NCBI GenBank assembly: GCA_963767925.1
Contig: CAVYGB010000008.1
Span: 2,464,001-2,528,000, forward strand
DNA: 64,000 nt
Direction of reading: 5' to 3'
Origin: an uncultured delta proteobacterium
GTDB lineage: Bacteria; Myxococcota_A; Polyangia; Fen-1088
The position numbers were made by a program, and so were the translations under genes. Position 1 is the first letter of the stretch. The number at the start of each line of letters is the position of its first letter. Under the pieces are notes generated by a model. That model ran no database searches and was not told the origin of the DNA. It worked only from the letters and a program-made list of their open reading frames with translations. This document shows, in pieces, positions 1 to 9,397 of the stretch.

Positions 1-328
1 AGGCGTCATCGCCCAGAGCCTGGTGCCCAAGGCCGACGGCCAGGGCCGGGTGCCGGCCATGGAGATCATGATCCCCAACGCCGCCATCCGGAACCTGATC
101 CGCGAGGACAAGATCCACCAGATCTACTCGCAGATGCAGATCGGCCAGGGCAAGTCGGGCATGCAGACCCTGAACCAGTGCCTGGCCTCGCTGTTCCTGC
201 GGCGGCTCGTCTCGCTGGAGGAGGCGGTGGCCCACAGCTCCGACCCGGACGAGCTGCAGCAGATCATCGCCTCGGGCGGCGTACAAGGTGGACGGCCCTC
301 GGCGCGGCCATCGTTGAGCAAGGAGTGA
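1..328 (+). CDS. pilT: Type IV pilus retraction ATPase PilT, C-terminal part (truncated at window start)
   Basis: GRVPAMEIMIPNAAIRNLIREDKIHQIYSQMQ..GMQTLNQ contains the PilT AIRNLIRE motif; directly upstream of pilC. Confidence 0.93.
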   Translation, partial: GVIAQSLVPKADGQGRVPAMEIMIPNAAIRNLIREDKIHQIYSQMQIGQGKSGMQTLNQCLASLFLRRLVSLEEAVAHSSDPDELQQIIASGGVQGGRPSARPSLSKE

Positions 329-331
329 TCG

Positions 332-1554
332 ATGGGCAACACCGCCTACATGTGGGAAGCCCGCGCGCGCAACGGCGACGTGCAGAAGGGCGTGATGGAG
401 GCAGACAGCGAGGAGGCGGTGATCAACCGCCTCAAGCTGCAGCTCCTGTCGCCCGTCGAGGTCAAGAAGCAACCCAAGCAGCTGCTCGCTGCGCTTCGGC
501 TCGGGGGTGAAGACCGAGGACATGGTCATCTTCACCCGCCTGTTCGCCACCATGATCGACGCCGGGCTGCCCATCGTGCAGTGCCTCGACATCCTGTCGA
601 CGCCAGGCCAAGAACAAGGCCTTCGGCAAGATCCTGGGGCAGGTCAAGGCCAGCGTGGAAGGTGGCCTCACCCTCTCGGACGCCCTGCGCAAGCACCCCA
701 AGGTCTTCGACAACCTGTTCGTCAACCTGATCGCCGCCGGCGAGACGGGCGGCATCCTCGACACCATCTTGCAGCGCCTCTCCGTCTACCATGGAGAAGG
801 CGATGAAGCTGAAGCGCCGGGTGAAGGGGGCGATGGTCTACCCCATCTCCGTCCTCTTCATCGCCGGCGATCGTGGTGACGGTGCTGCTCACCAAGGTCG
901 TCCCGGTCTTCGAGAAGATGTTCAAGGAGTTCGGCGGGGGCAAGCTGCCCACGCCGACCCAGATCGTCATCGACATCTCCCACGCCCTGTCGACCTCCCT
1001 GCCCTACATCCTCGCGGTGATGGGCGGCATCGTTCGCCGCCTTCCGGGCTGATGCTGCGCACCCAGAAGGGGCGCCTCGCCTTCGACGGCATTCTTGCTG
1101 AAGATGCCGGTGCTGGGGCCGGTGCTGCGCAAGGTCGTGGTGGCTCGCTTCACCCGCACCATGGGCACCCTGCTCTCCTCCGGCGTTCCCATCCTCGACG
1201 CGATGGACATCGTGGCCCGCACCGCCGGCAACACGGTGGTGCGAGAAGGGCATCCTCTACGCCCGCGAGCGCATCTCCGAGGGCAAGGACCTGGCCAGCC
1301 CCCTGATGGAGACCGGCCTGATGCCCCCCATGGTCGTGCAGATGATCGCGGTCGGCGAGCAGACCGGCGCCCTCGACGCCATGTTGACCAAGATCGCCGA
1401 CTTCTACGAAGAAGAGGTCGACGTCGCGGTTGCGTCGATGACCAGCCTGATCGAACCCATTATGATGGTGTTCCTGGGCGGCGTCATCGGCGGCCTGGTG
1501 ATCGCCATGTACATGCCCATCTTCGAGATGGCGGGGAACATCAAGAGCGGCTGA
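332..1554 (+). CDS. pilC: Type IV pilus platform protein PilC (T2SSF family), split by several apparent frameshifts
   Basis: Consecutive PilC segments in different frames: YMWEARARNG, FTRLFATMIDAGLPIVQCL, LSDALRKHPKVFDNLFVNLIAAGETGGILD, ARFTRTMGTLLSSGVPILDAM, MVVQMIAVGEQTGALDAMLTKIADFYEEEVD..MYMPIFEM. Confidence 0.9.
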
Positions 1555-1556
1555 GG

Positions 1557-3347
1557 TTGAAGCTGGCAGCTCCGAGCGCGACATTGTCGTCAGCTCCGGC
1601 GGTGGCACCGATCCCGAGTGCCTCCGACCGGGATCGTGAGTCGGGGCCCATCCAGCCACCCCGGCAGCCGACGGAGGACTATCGCACCGTCGTCTACCTG
1701 ATGTTGTTCCGGGTGGTGCTGGCCTCGGTGCTGCTCCTGTGCACCATCAGCCTGGCCATCACCCACGGGACCTCCGACAACCTGGGGCGGGTGTTCGCCC
1801 GCTTCCTGTTCGGGATGCTGGCCCTGGCTTACGCCGCCACCGTCGTCTACGCGGTGCTGCTGCCCCGGATCGAGCACCTGGTCGGCTTCGCCTACCTGCA
1901 GATCGGGGTCGATCTGTTCCTCATCGCCGTGCTCGTGCACGCCACCGGCGGCGCCCAGAGCGCCTTCACCATCCTGTTCATGATCCAGGTCATCGCGGTG
2001 GCCCTCCTGCCCGAGCGCTACGGCGCGGCCTACGTGGCCACCGCCAGCGCCATCATCGTGATGGCGGTGACCCTGGCCGGCTACTTCCAGCTCCTGCCCA
2101 CCGTGCCCGGGCAGAGCGTGTTCCCCTGGGAGATGTCCACCTCCGACCTGTTCTTTCGCCTGGTGCTCAACGTGGCGGCCATCGCCACCATGGGCGCCCT
2201 GGGCCTGAACCTGTCGGGACAGACGCAGAGAGCGGGCGAGCGGCTGGCCCGCCACCAGCAATACGCCGGCGACCTGGCGCTGCTGCACCAGAACACGATC
2301 CGCTGTCTCTCCTCCGGGCTGGTCACGGTCACCCTCGACGGGCTGATCACCTCCATCAACGGGGCGGCCTGCGAGATCCTCGGCATCACCCAGGCCACCG
2401 CCCTCGGCAACCCCCTGGCCCGCCGGATCCCCGGCCTGGGCCTGGTGCTCGAGGTGGCCGGGCCGGTCGGGTCGGTGCGCCGCCACGAGATCGACGCCAT
2501 CCGCCCCGACGGCAGCGTGCGCAACCTCGGCATCTCGGCCACCCCCCTGTCGGATCACGCCGGGCAGGTCATCGGCCGGGTCATCCACTTCCAGGACCTG
2601 ACCGAGCTGCGGCGCATGCAGATCGAGGTGGAGCGCTCGGAGCGCCTGGCCTCGATCGGCCGGCTGGCCTCGGGCATCGCCCACGAGATCCGCAACCCCC
2701 TGGCCAGCATCTCGGGCTCGGTCGAGATGTTGCGCCGCTCGCCCGGGGCCGACGGGGAGAGTCGCCAGCTCGTGGACATCGCCGTGCGGGAGGTGGATCG
2801 GCTGAACCGGCTCATCACCGACCTGCTGGAGTACGCCCGGCCACGGCCCGAGGAGAAGGAGCCGCTCGACCTGGCGGAGATCGCCGGGGAGATCGCCAAG
2901 GCCTTCGAGCACGAGAAGCGCGCGACCGACGTCCGGGTGGCGGTGGAGGTGGAGCCGAACTCCGGCATCGAGGGGGCGGGCGGTCAGATGCGCCAGGTGA
3001 TCTGGAACCTGCTCCGCAACGCGGTCGAGGCCATGCCCGAGGGGGGCACGGTGCGGATCCGGGTGGCCCGGGCCGAGATGCCGGGGCGAAAGTCGGCGAC
3101 CGTGCTCTCGGTGAGCGACACCGGGGTGGGCATCAGCCAGGAAGACCAGGATCAGATCTTCGAGCCCTTCTTCTCGAAGAAGCGGGGTGGCACCGGGCTG
3201 GGCCTGCCCACCGTGGCCCGCATCGTCGAGGACCACAAGGGGCACATCGAGGTGACGAGCGCCCCAGGCCGGGGCACCGAGTTCAGCCTGCGCTTCCCCT
3301 ACGTCTACGTCCCCGGCCGCTCGCACGGGGCCAGCGCGACCGTCTAG
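1557..3347 (+). CDS. pilS: PilS-like sensor histidine kinase (TM helices, PAS, HisKA, HATPase); start uncertain (TTG 1557 or ATG 1701)
   Basis: About six TM segments, LVHATGGAQSAF, H-box LASGIAHEIRNPLASI, N-box NLLRNAVEA, G boxes DTGVGI and GTGLGL; follows pilC. Confidence 0.82.
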   Translation: MKLAAPSATLSSAPAVAPIPSASDRDRESGPIQPPRQPTEDYRTVVYLMLFRVVLASVLLLCTISLAITHGTSDNLGRVFARFLFGMLALAYAATVVYAVLLPRIEHLVGFAYLQIGVDLFLIAVLVHATGGAQSAFTILFMIQVIAVALLPERYGAAYVATASAIIVMAVTLAGYFQLLPTVPGQSVFPWEMSTSDLFFRLVLNVAAIATMGALGLNLSGQTQRAGERLARHQQYAGDLALLHQNTIRCLSSGLVTVTLDGLITSINGAACEILGITQATALGNPLARRIPGLGLVLEVAGPVGSVRRHEIDAIRPDGSVRNLGISATPLSDHAGQVIGRVIHFQDLTELRRMQIEVERSERLASIGRLASGIAHEIRNPLASISGSVEMLRRSPGADGESRQLVDIAVREVDRLNRLITDLLEYARPRPEEKEPLDLAEIAGEIAKAFEHEKRATDVRVAVEVEPNSGIEGAGGQMRQVIWNLLRNAVEAMPEGGTVRIRVARAEMPGRKSATVLSVSDTGVGISQEDQDQIFEPFFSKKRGGTGLGLPTVARIVEDHKGHIEVTSAPGRGTEFSLRFPYVYVPGRSHGASATV

Positions 3348-3354
3348 TTCCCTG

Positions 3355-3527
3355 GCAGCTAGTCCCCTGGAACGGTGAAGGCTTGCATATGTCGGCGAGG
3401 CATCTTCGTTCCTGGCAAGGCGCGAGGAGGGCGAATACCGGGCGTATTTAACCGACGAGCAACGCAGCCAGGGACGAAGAGGACCGGCGAGATATGCAAG
3501 AAATCACCTTTCCAGGGGACTAGCTGC
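3355..3527. repeat. 173-bp imperfect palindromic element (MITE/ERIC/RPE-like)
   Basis: GCAGCTAGTCCCCTGGAA (3355-3372) is the exact reverse complement of TTCCAGGGGACTAGCTGC (3510-3527); further paired blocks GGTGA/TCACC, CTTGCATAT/ATATGCAAG, TCTTCGTTCCTGGC/GCCAGGGACGAAGA. Confidence 0.8.
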
Positions 3528-4680
3528 GCGGGGGCGGGGCGGCGCGCTGGAAGAGCAGCGGGACCGTCTGCACCAGGAGCTTGCGCCAGACCGGGTAGGT
3601 GTGGCCCCCCTCGGTCTCGTGGTAGGTGGTCGGGATGCCGTGCCCGCGCAGGACCTCGGCGAGCTCCTTGGCCCGGGCGTGGGCCCCGTCCTCCCGGGCG
3701 ATCCCCACGAACATGAGGTCGAGCTTGTTGCGAGGGGTGGCGGCGACGTCGACCAGGGTCCGGTAGCGGGTCTCGAAGTCGGCCCGGCTCAGCCCCGCCC
3801 CGAACATGGCGATGGAGGCGAAGAGGTCGCGGTGGCGCAGGCCGATCTGCAGGGCCTGGCTGCCCCCCATCGACAGCCCCACGACGGCTCGGTTGCGGCG
3901 GCCGGGCGCCACGCGGTAGCGCTTCTCCACCAGGGGGACGACGTCCTCCAGCAGGTACCGCTCGTAGAGGTCGTTGTTGCTCGGCTGACCCTCGGCCGGG
4001 CGGCTGCCGAACGGCAGGGCATGCCCCCAGGGCATCACGACGATCATGGGGACGGCCTTCTTGTCGGCCTGCAGGTTGTCGAGGATGAAGTGGGCCCGCC
4101 CGGCCATGGTCCAGCCCACCGCCAGGTCATTGTTGCCGTGGAGCAGATAGACGATCGGGTATCGCCGCCCCGGGTTCTGCTGGTACCCGGGCGGGGTGTA
4201 GACCACCACCTGGCGTTCGGCCCCCAGCAACACCGGCGAAGCGTGGGTGTGGGTCTCGAGCGTTCCGTGGGGGACGTTGCGGAACTCCCAGGGCATGCCC
4301 CCCACCACCTCGACCATGCTGGCCGAGGTGCGGGCCCGCAGCTTGACGAGCGGGTTGACGGGGTCGGTGACGATCATGCCGTCCACGTGAAAGACGTAAA
4401 TGTAGATGTTGGGGTCGACCGGCCCCACCGCGATCGACCAGACGCCTTCGGCGTCGCGGGTCATCTTCTGGGGCGTGTTGGGGGGAGCGCCCGGGCGCAG
4501 CCACTCGCCGGCCACCGCCACTTCGGTGGCCCGGGGCGCGCGCAGACGGAGGGTGATCCGCCGGTCGGCGTCGACCTCCGGCGAGCGCAGGGTGTCCGCC
4601 GCCGGGGGGGTGGAGGCAGGCGGCGGGGAGGGGGCCGGCGCGGCCTGGGCGAACAACAGAAGGGAGAGGAGCAGCTTCAC
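3520..4680 (-). CDS. Secreted esterase (alpha/beta hydrolase, Fes/CE1-like) with N-terminal Ig-like domain
   Basis: GTG start after GGAGG, signal peptide; YTPPGY, YLLHG, nucleophile motif GLSMGG, GGHTYPVW. Confidence 0.85.
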   Translation of the reverse strand: MKLLLSLLLFAQAAPAPSPPPASTPPAADTLRSPEVDADRRITLRLRAPRATEVAVAGEWLRPGAPPNTPQKMTRDAEGVWSIAVGPVDPNIYIYVFHVDGMIVTDPVNPLVKLRARTSASMVEVVGGMPWEFRNVPHGTLETHTHASPVLLGAERQVVVYTPPGYQQNPGRRYPIVYLLHGNNDLAVGWTMAGRAHFILDNLQADKKAVPMIVVMPWGHALPFGSRPAEGQPSNNDLYERYLLEDVVPLVEKRYRVAPGRRNRAVVGLSMGGSQALQIGLRHRDLFASIAMFGAGLSRADFETRYRTLVDVAATPRNKLDLMFVGIAREDGAHARAKELAEVLRGHGIPTTYHETEGGHTYPVWRKLLVQTVPLLFQRAAPPPRS

Positions 4681-4717
4681 GGGCGGCCTCCTTGGCGGGT
4701 GGTGATCGGGCGAGGTT

Positions 4718-5448
<731 letters not shown>

Positions 5449-5452
<4 letters not shown>

Positions 5453-6390
5453 GCGCCCGCCTTGCCCCGGCTGATCGCCTCGAGCCGGTTCCGCGGGAAG
5501 CGCAGCCGGAAGGTCGAGCCGGCCCCCGGGCGGGAGGTGACCTCGATGGTGCCTTTGTGGGCCCGCACCACCGCCCGCACGAGGGCCAGGCCCAGCCCCA
5601 CCCCCGGGGTTCCCCGTCGGGTGGCCTCCTTGCCCCGCACGAACTCCTCGAACATGTCCCGCCGCTCGTCTCGCGGGATGCCGATGCCGTTGTCGCTCAC
5701 CGCCAGCTCGACCCAGCGGCCGCTGGCCCGCGCCTGCAGGACGATGAGCTTCTCCGGACCGGTGTACTTCCAGGCGTTGATCAGGAGGTTGGCCACCGCC
5801 CGCACCAGGGTCGGCCGGTCCCCCACGATCGACAGCCCCGCCTCGAGATCGACCGAGACCGTGGTGGGGGCGCCCAGGGTGGCGGCGTCGAAGGCGGCCA
5901 GGGCGTCCCGGGTCAGGTCGGCCACCTCGACCCGGGCGCGCTCGAAGACGTGGGCCCCGCTCTCCAGCCGGGACAGCTCGAGCAGGCGACCCACCAGCGT
6001 GTCCAGCCGCTGCACCTCGGTCCCCAGCAGTTGCAAGACGCGGTGCTGATCGTCCTGGCTCAGGCGGCCGTCGCGCAGGGACTCCATGAACAGCCCGATG
6101 GCGGTCAGCGGCGTGCGCAGCTCGTGCGAGACGCTCGAGAGGAAATCGTTCTGCACCCGGGCCAGCGAGGCCCCCCGCCCCACGAAGATCGAGCCGAGGA
6201 TGTACCCGGTGATGGCGGTGGTGCAGAAGGTGATGACCAGGACGCCGGCCACGATGTGGGTGGCCTCCGAGGTGCCGACGGCGAGCAGGACGATCCCGAC
6301 CGCGATCATCAGGACGGTCGGAACCAGGACCGCCAGGATCAGCACGAGCTGAGCCCGGCGTAGCTGCACGATGGCCGGTGGGAAACGCAC
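5449..6390 (-). CDS. Histidine kinase with two TM helices and a very short external loop
   Basis: SHELRTPLT, NLLINAWKY, DNGIGI, GVGLGL. Confidence 0.92.
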
Positions 6391-6434
6391 CCGGCCTGGC
6401 AGTATAGCGAGGCGGCGCGGAGATCGCGCCGGTG

Positions 6435-7310
6435 TCAGGCCACGCGGCGGGACATCTCCTGGAACGTGCCGTCGTCCTCGGCGGGAGGATCTTTTTCACC
6501 CACCGAGCGCAGGTCCCAGACGAGTCCCACCGCAGCAAGCCCGCGCAGGATGTAATAGGACAGGTCGATCTCCCACCACCGCATGCCCTGGCGGGCCGAG
6601 CCGGGGCGGTGGTGGTGGTTGTTGTGCCAGCCCTCGCCGAAGGTGATGAGGGCCAGCAGCCAGTGGTTGCGCGAGTCGTCGCGGGTGTCGAAGCGCCGGG
6701 TGCCGAAGACGTGAGCCAGGGAATTGATGGTGAAGGTGCCGTGCCAGAACAGCGTTTGCGCGACGAAGTAGCCCCAGACCAGACCCCAGCTACCCCAGAC
6801 CGCCCAGGTCGCCACCCCCACCAGCACGGGCGGCAACATCCAGAGCCGCTCGAGCACCCGCAGCTCGGGATAGCGGGCCAGGTCCTTGACGCCGTTGAGG
6901 TCGGTCCCCTCGTGGTCGCGCGAGAGCATCCAGCCCATGTGCGACCACCAGAAGCCCTCGCGGGGGGAGTGGGCGTCGCCCGGCCGATCCGAGAAGCGGT
7001 GGTGGCGGCGGTGATGGGCGGCCCACCAGAGCATCCCTTTCTGGCCGGTCGCCACCCCGCCCAGGGCGAGGACGAACTGGAACACGCGCGAGGTGCGGTA
7101 GCTCCGGTGGGAGAAGTAGCGATGGTTGCCCGCGGTCACGAAGAACATCCGCCAGGCGTACATGGCCAGGGCCAGGGCCAGGCCGCTCCACGACCAGCCC
7201 AGGACGGCGACCCCCACCACGGCCGCCACCTGCACGCCCCAGAACACGATGGTTGTGTGGTTGAAGTAGATCTGGCGCCAGTTGCCGTGGGACTCGGGGA
7301 CGGTCTGCAT
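6435..7310 (-). CDS. Delta-9 acyl-CoA/acyl-lipid desaturase
   Basis: His boxes HRYFSH, HRRHH and GEGWHNNHH; DSRN motif. Confidence 0.92.
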   Translation of the reverse strand: MQTVPESHGNWRQIYFNHTTIVFWGVQVAAVVGVAVLGWSWSGLALALAMYAWRMFFVTAGNHRYFSHRSYRTSRVFQFVLALGGVATGQKGMLWWAAHHRRHHRFSDRPGDAHSPREGFWWSHMGWMLSRDHEGTDLNGVKDLARYPELRVLERLWMLPPVLVGVATWAVWGSWGLVWGYFVAQTLFWHGTFTINSLAHVFGTRRFDTRDDSRNHWLLALITFGEGWHNNHHHRPGSARQGMRWWEIDLSYYILRGLAAVGLVWDLRSVGEKDPPAEDDGTFQEMSRRVA

Positions 7311-7483
7311 CCCCGTGATGTAGCGCGCCCACGGTCGGCAGCGAGACCCCAGTCCGTCACGGTTTGGTCAGGTTCGTGCGACTCCGAACGACAACCTGCG
7401 GCGCCCGGGCACCTGCGCGTCATCTCTGCTCCTGGTGCATTTCCCGGTGAGATTTGCGCGCCCCGTGTGACAAACTGTAGGCA

Positions 7484-8581
7484 GTGGACCGACTCTGCTT
7501 ACCTGACCGGCGGGACACCGAGCCTCGGACGACGCATCGCACTAGTCGGCTGGTCGGGCTGCTCGCCGCAGCGCTTGTCGCCGGGTGTGCGCCGAGTGGC
7601 TCGGCCAATCGCGCCGCCGTCGAGACCCTGCCACCCGGCGGGTCGGGCGGAACCGGCGGGTCGGGCGGAGCCGGCGGAACCGGCGGAGCCGGCGGAGCCG
7701 GGGGCGAAGCGCCTGTCCCGGTGGCCGGAAGCGGGGGGGCACCGGTCGGGGGGAGCGGAGGTCAGGGCGGCACCGGCGGCGGCGCGCCCGCAACGGGTGG
7801 CAGCGGGGGTGGATCGCCGCAAACCCCGCCTGTCGATGCGCCGGCCGCGGATACGGCGCTTGCCGACCCGGACGCGGCACCACCTGTCGATCTGGCGCCG
7901 CCGATGCCGGACGGCCCCCCGCCCCCTCCCCCGCCACCCAACCTGGCCCGCGGGATGGCCGGGCACTGGCGCTTCGACGAGGGTAGCGGCAACGTCGTGC
8001 TCGACAGCTCCCCGGTGCAGAACCACGGGGGCACCATCAACATCCTCGCGGCCGACTGGAAGGTGGGCCGGCGCGGAGGGGCCCTCCAGTTCACGGCCAA
8101 CCGGCGAACCTTCATCCAGATCTCCCACCACGACACCATCGCGCCTCGCGAGGGGATCTCGCTGACCTTCTGGGTCAACGCCGCCTCCTTCACCGCCACC
8201 CAGCGGATGCTCCAGAAAGGCGACGCCAACGTGGAGTACGGCCTGGGCGTGCAAGGCAACCGGCTGGAGCTGTTTCTCCGCCTCGAGGGGGGCGGTGAGG
8301 TGCGCGTGACGGCGCCCCCGCCGCCCACCGGGCGCTTCACCCACCTGGCCGCCACCTACGACGGCCAGCAGGCGAAGCTCTACGTCGACGGCCGTCCGGT
8401 GGCGATGGCCCTGGCGCCGGGGGCACTGGCCATCGGCACGGAGAACCTGAACCTGGGCGGGCGGCCCGCCGGCGCGCCCGACAGCGAATTCTTCTCCGGC
8501 CTGATCGACGACCTCGTGATCTACGGCCGTGGCCTCAGCGCCGCCGAGGTCGGCCTGCTGTTCATGGGCGGGGCGCCCTGA
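7484..8581 (+). CDS. Lipoprotein with Gly/Pro-rich linker and C-terminal LamG/concanavalin-like domain
   Basis: Lipobox LVAGC; GGSGGTGG repeats; HWRFDEGSG, HLAATYDG, LYVDG, FSGLIDDLVIY. Confidence 0.8.
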   Translation: MDRLCLPDRRDTEPRTTHRTSRLVGLLAAALVAGCAPSGSANRAAVETLPPGGSGGTGGSGGAGGTGGAGGAGGEAPVPVAGSGGAPVGGSGGQGGTGGGAPATGGSGGGSPQTPPVDAPAADTALADPDAAPPVDLAPPMPDGPPPPPPPPNLARGMAGHWRFDEGSGNVVLDSSPVQNHGGTINILAADWKVGRRGGALQFTANRRTFIQISHHDTIAPREGISLTFWVNAASFTATQRMLQKGDANVEYGLGVQGNRLELFLRLEGGGEVRVTAPPPPTGRFTHLAATYDGQQAKLYVDGRPVAMALAPGALAIGTENLNLGGRPAGAPDSEFFSGLIDDLVIYGRGLSAAEVGLLFMGGAP

Positions 8582-8679
8582 GCGCGGCGGCGCTCGCTCG
8601 GCTGGCGCCCCCACCGGGGCCGCTGCTCCAGTCGCGGTCCGGGTCACCCGACGAGCTCCTCGAGCGCAACCCCTGGGGG

Positions 8680-9381
8680 ATGCCGGGGACCCTGCTGTGG
8701 AACTGGGCGGTGGTCATGGCGAGCGGCTTCCTCGCGGGCGGGGCGCTCGACCTCTCCTTGCCGGCGGGGGCGGCCCTGGCCGCCTCGCTGGGGGGCGCGC
8801 TGGCGCCCCTGCCCCACCACCTGCTGGCCTGGCGGCTCTTCCGCCAGCGGAGCCGCCTGCCGGTCCTCACCGTCCTCCCCTCGATCCGCCCCGGCGCGCC
8901 GGTGCGCCTGCGCGGCACCGTGGCCGAAACCCAGCAGGCCTTCCTCGCCCCGGGCAGCGCCTGCCCCGCCGTGTTCGCGCGGACGGTGTACCGCCGGCCG
9001 GCCGCCGAGGGCCCGACCGAGCTGCGCGAGGAGCTGCGGGGCGTGCCGTTCGAGATCCGCCTGCAAGGTGGCACCCGGGTCCGGCTCGACCCGACCCTGC
9101 TGGCCGTCCAGGATCCACCGCGCCGGGTGAAGAAGCTGACGCTCGACGCCCGGCGGGATCTCGGCCTGGGCCCCCGCCGCCGCTTCGGCGAGCCCCGTTA
9201 CCTGCAGGTCCTCCTCGCGCCCGGAGACGCGATCGAAGCGGTTGGCTGCCTGGGCCGCGAGGTCGACCCCGCCGGCACGGCGCTCCCCGGCCGGGGCGTT
9301 CCCCTGGTGACGACCCTCGCGCCGGGCGCCAGCGGGCAGGTCCTCGTCCGCAAGCTGAGCAAGCCGCCCCGCCTCTTCTGA
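8680..9381 (+). CDS. Hypothetical membrane protein, possibly with a GIDE-like domain
   Basis: N-terminal hydrophobic segment; VRLRGTV..APGS..GVPFEI..LAPGDAIEAVG pattern. Confidence 0.5.
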   Translation: MPGTLLWNWAVVMASGFLAGGALDLSLPAGAALAASLGGALAPLPHHLLAWRLFRQRSRLPVLTVLPSIRPGAPVRLRGTVAETQQAFLAPGSACPAVFARTVYRRPAAEGPTELREELRGVPFEIRLQGGTRVRLDPTLLAVQDPPRRVKKLTLDARRDLGLGPRRRFGEPRYLQVLLAPGDAIEAVGCLGREVDPAGTALPGRGVPLVTTLAPGASGQVLVRKLSKPPRLF

Positions 9382-9397
9382 ACGGCCGCCCCCCCGC

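Noticed and set aside
1095..3347. 750-aa ORF that looks like a PilC-PilS fusion
   Set aside because: Frameshift artefact: the true PilC C-terminus is in another frame and stops at 1554.
7636..7810. 9-bp repeats resembling an array
   Set aside because: They encode the GGS/GGT/GGA linker of the LamG lipoprotein and have no spacers, so this is not CRISPR.
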